Positions 12,805 to 25,499 of a stretch of 64,000 nucleotides of DNA are shown here, piece by piece. This DNA is from Octopus vulgaris (Eukaryota): assembly GCA_951406725.2 (NCBI GenBank), contig OX597831.1:53940001-54004000 (forward strand), given 5' to 3'. Each line of letters starts with the position of its first letter. The first letter of the stretch is position 1. Under the pieces are notes generated by a model that was given only the letters and a program-made list of their open reading frames with translations, was not told the origin of the DNA and did no database searches. The position numbers were made by a program, and so were the translations under genes.

Positions 12805-14071
12805 TCAGGTCTTCTCATAAGTAATGTCTGGATTTTAAATAAGGTAAACAAGTGATCAATTCTTACATTTTAATGAAACTTAATTGTCAAATAGTTTCCC
12901 TGATTATCTAACACCTTTCCATCTACTTGTAAGCTCTTTAATCCCATTAGTGAAAAACTCTTTCGGTTTTGAAGAGAACTCTGAAAGGTCAGTTTCGACT
13001 TCCTCAGTTGTTTCAAGAGTTAATCCATTTGAATGATTCTGTAAACTATGGAACAAGTGGTAATCTGAAGGAGCAAAGTCTGGGGAATAAGGTGGATGAG
13101 TAATTTTCTCCCAGTTAAGTTCCTTGATCTTCTGTAATGTGATCTTTGCAGTGTGGGGTCTTGCATTGTCCTGATGAAACACTCCCTTTTGATTCACTAA
13201 AGCAGGTCTTTTTTCTTCAAAGCAGTATTCAAACACTCTAATTACTGACAGTAGATTTGAGCATTGGTTGTTGCATTAGTTGGTAGCAGCTTAAAGTGGA
13301 TGACTCCTTTGCAGTCTCACCAAACTGAGAAGCACCTTTTTCACATGGAGTTTCCTTTTTGGTTGTGGTTGGGCCTTTTCCCCTTCACCAAGCCAATGAC
13401 TACAATGCTTAACATTCTGATAAAAGACCCATTTTTCGTCACCTGTCACCAGTCTGTTCAAAAATGGTGAGATGAGTTCATGAGAACAAAGAGAACAGCA
13501 AATGTCCACACAGGATTTGCAGTTGGCTTCAGACAAATCATGAGGCACCCATTTTCCAAGTTTTGGGACCTTTCCAAGCTGTTGAAGATAGCAGTTGTGT
13601 GGCTTGAATGAAGCTTGCTTGCCAATTCTTCAACTGAAACTGCATGATATTTTTCAAATTCTGCCAAAAGGAGCTTGTCATCAAACTCAATTGGACATCT
13701 TGTTTGGACATTGTCTTCAAGACTGAAATCTCCACTTTTGAATTTTACAAACCATCTTCTGCAAGTTCTTTCATTCAGGCATTCTTCCTCATAAGCTGAG
13801 TGAATATTTCGAGTTGCTTCAGCTACAAAGTTCCCTTTTTTAAACTCATTAAGCATTATGTGCCTCAAATGTTCCTTAGACACTTCCATGTTTGAAGAAC
13901 TATAATAAGTGAAATTTCAATTAGATTATCCTGCAAAATGAAATTTAATTAGTTTAAATATTTCTAAATACATGTAAATATTACTTGATGCCATTAGAAA
14001 TTCCAAAATACTATTAAAGCATTTACAAATTGAAAATATAGAATCCAGACATTACTTATGGGATGACCTGA
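12805..14071 (-). mobile_element. Full-length mariner (Tc1/mariner DD34D) DNA transposon, inactive
   Basis: 30-bp TIRs (tcaggtcttctcataagtaatgtctggatt / aatccagacattacttatgggatgacctga, 2 mismatches) are flanked by TA at 12803-4 and 14072-3. Length is 1267 bp. Confidence 0.97.
12904..13889 (-). pseudogene. Frameshifted mariner transposase
   Basis: Split ORFs 13458-13889, 13291-13548 and 12904-13236 contain the HTH (RRWFVKFKSGDFSLED), PHDL, TGDEKW, HQDNARPH and YSPDFAPSDYHLF motifs. There are 34 residues between the second and third Asp. Confidence 0.95.
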
Positions 14072-14539
14072 TACATAAACATGTAATTTGTTTTGTTCAA
14101 CATATGTGAAACAAACCTAGTTATTTGATCAAATGTGATATGGGTGACATATACTATCACTGAGATTATTATGAATTGTATAGAAGAATGAGTAGCCAAT
14201 TGGTTACATTAGTAATAAATAAAAGCATATTTTTGAACTTGAGTATCTATAATGTTTATATATTCTGCTAAGGGCTATAAGTTGATAGATAGAACAGTCA
14301 TGCTAAAGAGTATTTTGTTGTATTTCTTTCTACACTGAATAAACTGCCTTTGTATAGCCATGCCTTTCAACCTGATATATTGCAAAATTGTCAAAAGTCA
14401 TAAAATTTTTATTGATGACTTTATTCAAAGAATAAAATCAAATATTATCTATTTAACTGCTTGCTTTCTCTCACATGTTGAGCCCAAATTCTCTATTTAA
14501 TAGCAACACATTTACTTTAAAAAAACCCAAAAAACTGTA

Positions 14540-14881
14540 AGTATAGGTGTGGCTGTGTGGTAAGAAGCTTGCTTCCCATCCATATGGTTTCAGGTTCAGT
14601 TCCACTGCATGACACCTTGGGCAAGTGTCTTCTACTATAGCCTTGGGCCAACCAAAGCCTTATGAGTGGATTTGGTGGACAGAAACTGAAAGAAGCCTGT
14701 CATATATATTTGTATGTTTGTCTCTCCACCATCGCTTGACAACTGTTGTTGGTGTGTTTACATTTCTATAACTTAGCAGTTTAGCAAAAGAGACCAATAG
14801 AATAGTACCAGGCTTACAAAGGCGGTGCTCCAGCATGGCCACAGTCAAAATGACTGAAATAAGTAAAAGAATAAAAGAAAA
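14540..14881 (+). mobile_element. tRNA-derived SINE (family of 3576-3985)
   Basis: Clear homology across head, core and tail, with an internal deletion. Confidence 0.88.
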
Positions 14882-15600
14882 GTGTCATCTTTAAACAGTT
14901 AAAAAGTGCTCATATGATGTATTTTGGAGCTTTTCAACTTGGTAGAACCCACCAAGTTATTGTGTTAAGAAAATTTGGCAAGCAAATGAAACATTAATTC
15001 TACCATGTTGCTGTTACTAGTTGTTCCCCTATGCAGTGTCTAATTATAGCTATGTAAACTGCATTATATAAGAGTTGGGTGTTTTAGTCATGACCACAAT
15101 GAAGTTTTGGTGACAGGATATAAACTATCAAAATTTATCCTTATTGCCAGCTAAAATATGTACTCACCCCATTCAGATATGTTTTGTCTTTATAGGCTTT
15201 GACTGCATAGACCATTTTTTAAATCACATTTTGAGTGGGTTAATGAATTTAAATTACTTCACTAGAATTGCTTTACAACATACAATTTTATTGAAGAATC
15301 AAGATTGAACATTTAGTGTTTGCAGATATTTAATTTTGATATACTTTTTGAAGTATTCCTAATATAAGTATTTTATTATAGTCTTGACCAATGTATTAGG
15401 CTTCTATTTTGTGTTGTGCATCATGGAGGTAATAGATTAAAAGATATTACAAGATAACTTGAGTCCTATATAAGTTCAGTTCTCCCAAATAAGATTTATC
15501 AAGATATATTTTGTGTATGTATGTAAAATTATCTGTTCTTTAACACTTTTGATTAAATGTTGAAAGTAGTGTTTTTTTTCATAAAGAATTGTAAAGAATT

Positions 15601-15667
15601 TTCTCTCTTTCTATTCTAGGTAAGTGTAAAGAAAGATCTTTTATAAATTCAGCTTCTAAAGGTAATA
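15601..15667 (+). other. Candidate recursive splice site / 42-nt microexon (15620-15661)
   Basis: ttctctctttctattcTAG|GTAAGT is followed 42 nt later by AAG|GTAATA. The segment is open in phase 1 (xKCKERSFINSASK). Confidence 0.4.
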
Positions 15668-16239
15668 TCTGAGTTTTCTATTCAAAACTATGATTTATTT
15701 TGAAATTAAATTTATCATTAGTTAACAACAGCCTATTTTTATACTTAAGTAGCTATATCTTTTTTAAATCATACTTTCTGCTAAGGAATGTAAGTTAATA
15801 GAACAGTTATCTTAAAGTATTTAGTTTCAATTCTGTATGTTTTAAGTTTAAATCTTGTTAGAGTAGACCTTTCTTTCGACACTTAGGTGTTACTATAAAA
15901 CTGTATTACAGTGGAGCTTATTCAATTTGCCGGGGCTCTTATTTTCTCTCTTGTGTAAATAAAGTGTTTTTTTTTTATAAACCAAAATAGATTGAATGTA
16001 AGTTTTAAATTATTTTCATAATACTTCAGCTTATTGCTAACTGCTGAACCTGTTTAGTAATAAAGTTTTATTTTGAATCATTGGAGGTAGTATTTTATTG
16101 TTTAATAAACAATACAGAATAGAACAGTTATTTTGTATTTTCAGTCCATCATCTTTTGATCAGTTTAAAATTATAAATATTTAAAGATTATGCTTATCTT
16201 AAGATTATATCAATTTTCAGTTGTTATTTCACCTCGGGT

Positions 16240-16500
16240 CATCCCCCAATTTGTTGTCAGGTCAGGATGGAAACCTGCTACTGGTAACCATGTAACCCAG
16301 TACTAGATATTCATTGTTGAATGGTTGGCAACTAAACTCAACCCTTTACTGGGTTTGTCCAGTGAAGTGAGTGTGAGTACCCAGCATAATTAAAAAAGCA
16401 AAACTTGTCAAAGACAGATGAATTTCTTGAGAGCCAACAACATTCATCTCCTAGAGAGGAGATGAGTACTATGAGGATTATTTTGCTCAGCGAAATAATT
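16240..16500 (+). mobile_element. Probable RTE-type LINE 5' region remnant
   Basis: GC-richer block GGCAACTAAACTC...GATGAATTTCTTGAGAGCCAAC resembles RTE 5' UTR sequence. This is recognition only; no alignment was run. Confidence 0.35.
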
Positions 16501-18215
16501 GGATGAAATATTTAATTCTATACTGAACCAGTTAGAGCCAAGATTGATGATAGCCACATAAAACCTAAGAGGATGTAAAAGGTTGAAAATTTCAGGTATC
16601 CCAACAACATTCCAGATTTATGATTAAAGGCTCTATATCTTGAACCATCTTGATCCTTTTTCTATTTAGGACTATACTGTCCGATGTATCCTTCATTAAG
16701 ATGTCAGTATTTGATTTGAGGGATATTTCAGTTCCTGTCATTGACCTTTTTGACAGTGTTATGTAAGTAATATACAATTCAAAATATCTTGTTTCTGTGT
16801 GATGGGAGGTTTTACAACACTTGATAAGATTTGAAATGATTATTAGAGGTTAAAAACCACTCTACTACAAAATCGCCAATTCAGTATACAATCTTGAATT
16901 TACCAGAAAAATATTGGGCTGGAATTTGCTGAAGAATATTGTTAAATGTTTATTATTTGCAGAATGAAATTTACCAAAATGCAGATGATTTATAAAGTTT
17001 TAGATGCACAACAAACCTAGAGCAAAGATTGACTTTTTTCAAGTTGCAGTCTATCTAGGTAGAATGAGATGATATTGACAGTAGAGAAGTGTTAAAAGAA
17101 ATTCAATGAAGTTTTGGTTTTTGTCAAGATGCAACTCCACATATGCTGCTATTTTAGTCTGTTATATTTTCTTGAACAACAGACAGTTTTACTTTGTTGA
17201 TTTACAAAACACTTTTGATAGGTTTCTAATTTCTGCAATCTAGTCATAATGGAGATAACTAGGTATGGAAAATAACTATCTTGTAGGGAAACCATAATCT
17301 ATACACAAGTAAATCATGATCAGCAGGAATGTGCAAGACATTTTAAGAGTTAGCTAACTCTCTGATAAATCTCTAAAAGATTTTTCTCTCCTTAAAGCTG
17401 TTCTTGTAAAAAATAGGATTGTGAACCATGAAAATACTGTGTAGAAATGATCTAAGAAAGAATTTTATTTTATCTATACCTTTAATACAGGTTTTACTCA
17501 ATTTGTAAGAGTTACATCCTATTGAATAGCTCACAATAGTATGTATCTGTATTTTATTGAACCTGGAGAAATGAAAGACAAAATTTATTGCAGAAGCAAT
17601 TTTAACTGGAATTAATGCAGTACCAAACTAAATAATGTAAAATGTGTCCAAAGAGGAATATCATTTAAGGAATCCTGGATAGTAAATATATTTATAAATC
17701 TCTTTATACTGGACAGTTCTAACCAATATTTTAGTGATTTTTACTAACCATTTTAAACTCACAGGAAGAGTTGAATTGTTATTATTTAGCCCCAAAGTAG
17801 ACTTTGGTTGAGCATGTCTATGATCAAAAGCATTCTGGATATGACTGTCCCAAGGTTTTCGGGTCTAATATACCTTAAATAACATTATTCAGTTTGTCCT
17901 TTCTAAAGATGTTAGAAAATAATTTAAGTGCAATTTGATTGTTTTTTTCTTGTCAATTAAGCAACCACATTGTGGCTCCCTTGTTTAGGAGTTGAATGAT
18001 TTAATCAGTAGAATAAAGTTTATACATATTAACCTTTAAGCACACAGGGGTAACAGTTCTAGAGAAAATGCAAACACTGCATTTTCTCAAGAATTGTTTC
18101 CCCAGTCACTGCCCTTTTACTACAGGTAGAAAACTCATACAGTAACATGATGCCCCTACAGTGTGCTAAAGGTTAAACCTAAAATTACAATTACTTGTTA
18201 TCTTTGCTGGCGACA

Positions 18216-18218
<3 letters not shown>

Positions 18219-18250
<32 letters not shown>
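18219..18250. repeat. (CT)n microsatellite
   Basis: Direct reading. Confidence 0.95.
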
Positions 18251-18253
<3 letters not shown>

Positions 18254-19429
18254 TTTTGAGTAGAGGACAGATTGGTTGATATTTGTGCATGAAGTACAGT
18301 ACTGCATGGTAGTGGAACACAGGCTTTGAATATGGAAGACATAGGAGGGTTGAAAAGAATGAAGTGAGTGTACTCTGCTGGATTAGTGTAAGTGTGCATG
18401 AATAAATGAGCTGAGAGAAAAACTGTAGATAAGTGAAATCAGATATTGTGTGCAAAAAGTAAGGTTGTTATAATATGAGCTTGCAATGCATAAAATTGGA
18501 AGTAGGCTGAAAAAGGCATGGAAAGAATTGAAGACCAGTGTTAGGAAGATATCAAAAAGCCATAAGTAGTGAAACACTGTGATGGAAAAAACCTGCTGAA
18601 TGGAGACAGTTTGGGGTAGAGTAGTCTCTTTAGTCTTGTCTAGAACAAGACAACCTCTAGTGCCATGATAAAATGCACTGGTATTCTCTGTAAAGTTATA
18701 AGGAGGGCATCTAGCTGTAGAAACCATGGTCAAAATGAGATATATGAGTGAGATATAGTTTCTAACTCATTTACAAGGGTAATGATTCCAAATAAGAACT
18801 GATATAGACTATGATGATTCAGCTAACTCATGCCAGCATGGAAAAGCAAAGAAATATAACCAGGAATAATTGTCTTTATTTCATAAACAGAATTAGATGA
18901 GCCAACAAAGGAGCTTGAACAAGTCAGTCAAACTACTAGAAACAGCAAAATCTCCCTCAAATCAGTCTCCTGTCCTAAGAAGAACTTATGTATTGTCATT
19001 CAACATCCACTATGCTTGAAAATATGATGAGATTCTCATGACTAGAATACTTCTCATCATGGATCTACTAGATCGGGGCTGACCTGGGGCTAAACAACAA
19101 CAAACACCATATATGAAATTAACCTAGTTACGGATGAACATTTTTTTTTACTCAATGCTTAATAATATGCTTTCATCTTGTTTCTTATGATAAAAATAAT
19201 AATGATAATAGCTCCTAAAGCATAAAATAGGAAGCGTCATTAAATAAACACCAGCTAATAATTTCTTCATAAATTCCCATGAATTTTTCATATGAATTGA
19301 ACGTGTTTCAGAAGATGTATAATTTCACTACACATATTGATTATTATATATTTTTTAAAAAGTATTTTATTCATTTTTATTCCAATAAATTAAACAATTT
19401 ATTTAATTAAATTCTTGGAATAGCAGCAA

Positions 19430-19458
19430 TAATAATGATGATGATGATGATGATGATG

Positions 19459-19491
<33 letters not shown>
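19430..19491. repeat. Compound (ATG)n(ATA)n microsatellite
   Basis: Direct reading. Confidence 0.95.
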
Positions 19492-19774
19492 TGGTAATAA
19501 TGAACACCTAAGAATACTGTAGACTTTTTGAGAAGTGAATTGGTGAAATTTAGCTTCTGTGGTTAAAATAAGTAGATTTTTATTCTGATGCATTAATTCA
19601 AAATGTGTTTGGCTGATTAGTTAAGGTATTTTTTTGTATTTTGTAATTTTAAAAGAATTCTTTTTGAATTTGAATTTTATTCCATTCTTTTGGTACACTA
19701 CTTTATTTCGAAGTTCAATTTTAAGCGCTTGCTCTCATTCTTTCTGCTATTTTTCTCCTGTATCTGTCTTATTT

Positions 19775-21055
19775 TCTCTCTCTCACTCTCCCTCCTTTCC
19801 TCCTCTCTCACTCTCCCTCCTTTCCTCCTCTCTCTCTTTCTCTCCTTCCGTTCCTCCTCTCTCCTTCCGTTCCTCCTCTCTCTTTCTCCTTTCCTCCTCT
19901 CTCTTTCTCCTTTCCACCTCTCTCTTTCTCCTTTCCACCTCTCTCTTTCTCCTTTCCTCCTCTCTCTTTCTCCTTTCCTCCTCTCTCTTTCTCCTTCCTC
20001 CTCTCTCTTTCTCCTTCCTCCTCTCTCTTTCTCTTTCCTCCTCTCTTTCTCCTTCCTCCTCTCTTTTCTTTCCTCTCTTTCTCTCCTTTCCTCCTCCCTC
20101 TTTTCCTTCTGTCATCTCCCCTTTCTCTCCCCCTTTTTCCTTTCTCTCTCTCTCTCTCCATGCCTCTCTCTCTCCATGCCTCTCTCTCTCCATGCCTCTC
20201 GCTCTCCATGCCTCTCTCTCTCCATGCCTCTCTCTCCATGCCTCTCTCTCTCTCTCCATGCCTCTCTCTCTCTCTCTCTCCATCCTCTCTCTCTCTCTCC
20301 TCTCTCTCTCTCTCCATGCCTCTCTCTCTCTCTCTCTCTCCATGCCTCTCTCTCTCTCTCCCCGTGCCTCTCTCTCTCTCCCCGTGCCTCTCTCTCTCTC
20401 CCCCGTGCCTCTCTCTCTCTCCCCGTGCCTCTCTCTCTCTCTCCCCGTGCCTCTCTCTCTCTCCCTGTGCCTCTCTCTCTCCCCATGCCTCTTCCCCCAT
20501 GCCTCTCTCTCTCCCCCATGCCTCTCTCTCTCCCCGTGCCTCTCTCTCTCCCCGTGCCTCTCTCTCCCCGTGCCTCTCTCTCCCCGTGCCTCTCCCCCCC
20601 CATGCCTCTCTCTCCCCCCATACCTCTCTCTCTCCCCATACCTCTCTCTCTCCCCATGCCTCTCTCTCTCTCCCCCATGCCTCTCTCTCTCTCCCCCCCA
20701 TGCCTCTCTCTCTCTCCCCCATGCCTCTCTCTCTCTCTCCCTCCCCATGCCTCTCTCTCTCTCCCCCATGCCTCTCTCTCTCTCTCCCCATGCCTCTCTC
20801 TCTCCCAATGCTTCTCTCTCCCTCTCTACTACTTTCTCTTTTCCTCTTTCCCTCTTTCTCTTTTCCTCTTTCCCTCTTTCTCTCCTTTCCTTCTTTCTCT
20901 CCTTTCCTTCTTTCTCTCCTTTCCTTCTTTCTCTCCTTTCCCTCTTTCTCTCCTTTCCCTCTTTCTCTCCTTAGCCTCTTTCTCTTTCCACCTTTCCTTC
21001 TCTCTTCCTCTTCTTCTCTCATCCTCTTTTTTACTTCTCCCCCTCCCCTTCCTTT
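19775..21055. repeat. ~1.3-kb polypyrimidine micro/minisatellite: 21-nt CT units, then (CT)n-CCATGC and (CT)n-CCCGTGC units
   Basis: Direct reading. It explains all the long ORFs between 19634 and 21144. Confidence 0.97.
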
Positions 21056-22072
21056 ATTTTGTTTTCTTTCTGTTATTCCCTCTCCACATGAAATATAATT
21101 CTCTTTTCAATATGGTAAATGAATTTCTTACCTTGATACTTTAAGTTAGTACTCAGTAACTTTTTCCTTATTTTCTTCAAAGAACAAACAAAGAAACCTA
21201 AATAATCCACCTGCAAGTTCAATTTGAAACCATTTTATGTTCTGAACACTTCATTAAGTAAATTAAAATAATGCATAATTAAAGGTTGTTTATAGGAGAA
21301 TTTTTAAATTTCCTTTTCTTTCCTGTTAAACATTACCAAGCTATTTGCATTATATTTCATTTTAATTAAGACTGAGATTTAAAAAATAAAAGTATATTTC
21401 TCATCCCAATCAACTATTTTCTTCATAACTTTTTATCTTTTAGTAAATGTCTAAGAATTTAAATTATTGATCATGGTCTTTTACACAACATGAAACTTTG
21501 TATTTCTAAGGTAGATTAAAATGTAATTTTTCATGGGATATTAAGTGAAGTAGGTCTTGGTTCTTTATAGCTATGTACTGGATTTAGTTCATAGAAAAAT
21601 TATGCATCATTACCTGTAGAGTTAATTAAAATTAATAAAAGGATTTTAATGTGGACTGTTGGGGAAAGTGGAATTTTTGTTTTTTTAAATGACATGGTTT
21701 TTAACAATTAAGTTCTTGGGTAGGAAGTTGGGCAATCCCATTAGAATTTTTCAGGTCTAAGATAAGTTAAATCAGTAAAAAAGTCAATATTTTTCTTTAG
21801 CTTCTTTCATTGCAAAATTAAAAATGGAACATCTATCATTGTCAATTTTCTTGAGAATAAAATATAATGCTGTCTGAAAATTTGTTGTCTTTTTCTATTA
21901 AATGACTCTCAAGAATTTTTGTGATTTGGTGTTACTAACTCTATATTTGTTTCATTGTTGAATTAGAATTATCTAAAATTCTTTTCTAATATTAAACTTT
22001 TACATATGTGGGTAGGAAATTAATTTAGATATTAATATATTGCACTAGTCAGTGTTATTGAAGTTAAAGATC

Positions 22073-22265
22073 GGCTTGAAAATTGTACGGTTTCACTGTT
22101 TGGTTGCTTTCAGAGTTCTGGTGTTCAGAATTAGAAAGGAAGGTTTAAGTATTACATAAACAGTTACAGCAACTTAACCACTAATGCAATACTCAAAACT
22201 TCCTTTTAACCACAGTTCTGAAAGCAATCAAACACAGTGAAACCCTGCAATTTTCTAACCAAGCC
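22073..22265. repeat. Long inverted repeat / fold-back (~190 nt)
   Basis: The outer arms gaaaattgtacggtttcactgtttggttgctttcagag and ttctgaaagcaatcaaacacagtgaaaccctgcaattttc pair. The inner arms aaaggaaggtttaagtattacat and atgcaatactcaaaacttccttt also pair. Confidence 0.9.
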
Positions 22266-22285
22266 ACATTATACATACATATATA

Positions 22286-22453
22286 TCATCATCGTCATCA
22301 TCGTCGTTTAACGTCCGTTCTCCATGCTAGCATGGGTTGGACGGTTCGACCGGGGTTCTGGGAAGCCAGAAGGCTGCACCAGGCTCCAGTCTAAATTTGG
22401 CAATGTTTCTACAGCTGGATGCCCTTCCTAACGCCAACCACTCCGTGAGTGTA

Positions 22454-22455
<2 letters not shown>
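22286..22455 (-). mobile_element. SINE 3' fragment (family ending CATGG...GGACGTTAAACGATGATG), followed by TA/CA microsatellite to ~22520
   Basis: Related copies occur at ~7648-7692, ~33865-34030, ~56917-57006 and ~58185-58370 (-), and ~49350-49545 and ~37330-37480 (+). Confidence 0.8.
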
Positions 22456-22497
<42 letters not shown>

Positions 22498-24329
22498 TCA
22501 CACACACACTCACACACACATAACACTACTGGCTCTTGATGTTTTTCATTATGTTGTTAGTTGTAAGTTTTCTCATTGGTTTGTCTAGTATGGTTGGTGA
22601 TAGTTGTGTTATGCATTAAAGAGCATTTCAATAGTTTACATATCATCTGTAACAAAAGTTTCAAAGACATTTTAATATAGTTATGGCAACATTGACTTTG
22701 ACAGCTTGTATGTATTTGTAATGCAGTAGACTTATTGGGTGGCTTGATATCTAAGGGATTAGAAGACAAACTAGTAAGATTACCTATTATTACATCAAAG
22801 TACAAGCTCGTCATCATCTTTCATTTTGTCTTTATAAAGGGCTTTTAACTCCAAAATAGTGAAATATAAAAATCAGAGAGTTAAACTGTCATTTTTTTTT
22901 GTTTCTGTTACTTCTATTTCATTTACTCTTTTATTTCCAACTTGCATTGTGCTGGTTTTCTAAACAATTTTGATAATTTATTTCTAAATGTCTCTATTAG
23001 AATGAAATGTTTCTAAGACAAACTGTTTTGTACCCTAGTACTGAAATAGTTCTTTATAGAAAAGAAGGATTTTTTTTTCTCCTAATATGGAAATGAAATG
23101 GTGTCTAGGTAGAATAAATATAAATTATCAAATTTATCATACTTTTGTACCTGTTTTGTCATTTCACGCAAAATACTTTTACATAGATGACAATTGTTTT
23201 ATCAAAATTGTTTAAATTATATGTAATTAGAGTTGTAAGGTGAAAAATGTTGCTTTTGAGAAATAAAAATAATTTAAGTTATTTGATTACACATCTAAAA
23301 TTCAGTTACTTTTCAATTAAACTAAGTGTGCATGTTAAAGGAAATTGAAATATTGCATTGTATATTAGACTAACTTATTTTAACATTTCTACTTTTGTTT
23401 CTCTAATGTCAGGCTATAAAACTAGACTAAATCATTTCTGTAAACTTGATGACCAAACATATTCCATGTTGCTTAGCCTCAGCTCAACCCATATTGGACA
23501 GCCACATAGTAGAATGTATTCCAGTTATGATCATTTGTCTTTTTAGGGTTATCTAGAATATTATTAGAGATGCCCTTTACATATGGAATTTGTCTGCTAT
23601 TTCTAGCTGATTGAGTGATCACTTAGGTATTCATATTATAGTATTCTTGAATCAAATTTTTCATTGATTGTATATGTTACATTTAAAGCAAAAGTATAAC
23701 ATTTTATTCGAAGACCTTAGCTGCATTTGCTTATGTATCTATCATTCAGTAAATTTGAATCTTTGTACTTAGATTTCTAGTTTTCAGTTGCTTGTTTCAA
23801 AAATATCTTTTGTTAGTTTTGTCTGACTAGTAGTAATTTTAAACTTGTCATGTTTCTTTTAAAAGGTTTTATGTATATTGTAATTACTGATATTAAAAAG
23901 TTATTTATTTATTTGTTTGCAGATGTTTTTCACTTTATGTTTACGTTTCATGACAAGCAATTAAGCTTTGTACAAGATAGTAATTGGCAAACATCCTAAT
24001 TAAAATGCTTTCAACATCTACTGATTATTTTACTTCTCTTGTGTTTTTAATGTCTGGTCAGTGTCACATAATAACAGGAGTAAGTGATAAGAATGAAAAA
24101 AATATATTTATCACAAGTTGTAGGGTCTGATTACTTATTTTCATTTATATGCTGTCAATTATGTTTTCTTTGTTAAAAAGAAAACACTAAAGGAATTTAG
24201 GTAACATTGGGATAATGGAGGTCACTCTTATTCTTTACCAAACATTTTACATGGTAATGATTGAAATAGTTATATAGTGTTATAACTTTTCAAAAAAAAG
24301 AAATATTATTTGTCTAAGAAAAGTAGTGT

Positions 24330-25050
24330 CCATAGTGCTTGAACCCTTCCTAAGACTGGCAAGTTTGTTCAGCTTATGCAGGTCAAGATTTGGGAGGAGG
24401 TATGTAGGCTGTGTTTTGAGTAGGCTTTTAAAGGATAGTGTTCAGTACAGAATTTAGTGGGTCAGCCTAGAAATATGTGCAGAGAAAGGGCTTAGGTAAG
24501 GGTAGCACATGTCCAGAAAAATTTAATGGTGCAAATATTGTTGTGGTTGTTGTATGTTGAATTTCTCTGCCTCCTGTCATAAAAAATGTAGGTTCCACAA
24601 TATTTATTTGGTGGCTGCACCATTTTCAGATATCCAAACAGTACTTTTAGTAGAGATGATGCACTTGTCTCTTTGGAATAATAAAGCTGAATTTATTTCT
24701 TAAAATTTGAAAAATCTCTCTCTTAGTGAGCAATGAGATTAATTGTTTGGGAATGCAGTGAATGTAATTTTAGGAAAGAATCTTTGGTTTTCTCTGCTTT
24801 TAAATCTTGCATTTAAGTTTGTCTATTCTTTCTGATCACTTATTGGTCTCCATTGACCTCTTAATCTCTAAATCTTGCTTTCATGCTATATTTATAATTT
24901 GATAATGTGACAGTTGTAACAACTAGATCTGATGTCTAAGAAGCATTATTTTGATAGCTAACATATATCCAGAGGCAAAGGTTTAATGTAATAATCAAAA
25001 GTAGTGTAAAGCAGTGTCCTGGTTCTTTGAATTAATTGATGGTTGTGGTA
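24330..25050 (-). mobile_element. Very decayed Penelope-like RT remnant
   Basis: The minus strand gives LDIRSSCYN (LDV.SLY.NI-like) and a later PPNL-like segment in the expected order. The signal is weak. Confidence 0.35.
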
Positions 25051-25499
25051 CTTTAACAAACTGCAAAAGTACTGATGAACTGTACTCTATCAGTGATTTG
25101 ACATATATTTCAATAAAATGAAATATTACAAGATGATTTTATGCTAATTTTTTTCCAACTGAAGAAAAAATCTTATTAACTCAATTAGCTTAATTCAATT
25201 TAAAGAAACTGTTTTATCATTTGTTATTCTAGTTTTTGTGAACTATTCTGGTGACATTATTGTAAACTTGAGCTACATCACGGTCTAATCTGCTGTTTTC
25301 TCCAAATGATATACTTTAATGCAAAAGAAAAACAGTTCAATATAATGCATTGTACTGGTTTACAGAAGTTATCCTGTATCAGCAAAAATAAATAGTTAAA
25401 GAAAATAGCCATCTGTATAAGGCGTGTTTTAGTTTTCACTGTATATTCTACATACCCTTCTATACATTGATAACCTCTCTGCATACATTTTTTATGTAA

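Noticed and set aside
12904-13889. Possible domesticated SETMAR-like gene
   Set aside because: It is frameshifted, bounded by TIRs and TA duplications, and has no SET domain: an ordinary dead mariner.
17346-17361. Perfect 16-bp palindrome agagttagctaactct (also 45971 and 52741)
   Set aside because: These are isolated short palindromes with no supporting context.
19634-21144. Six long ORFs (188-484 aa; SL-rich or ER-rich)
   Set aside because: These are translations of the CT/GA satellite; stops are absent because of composition.
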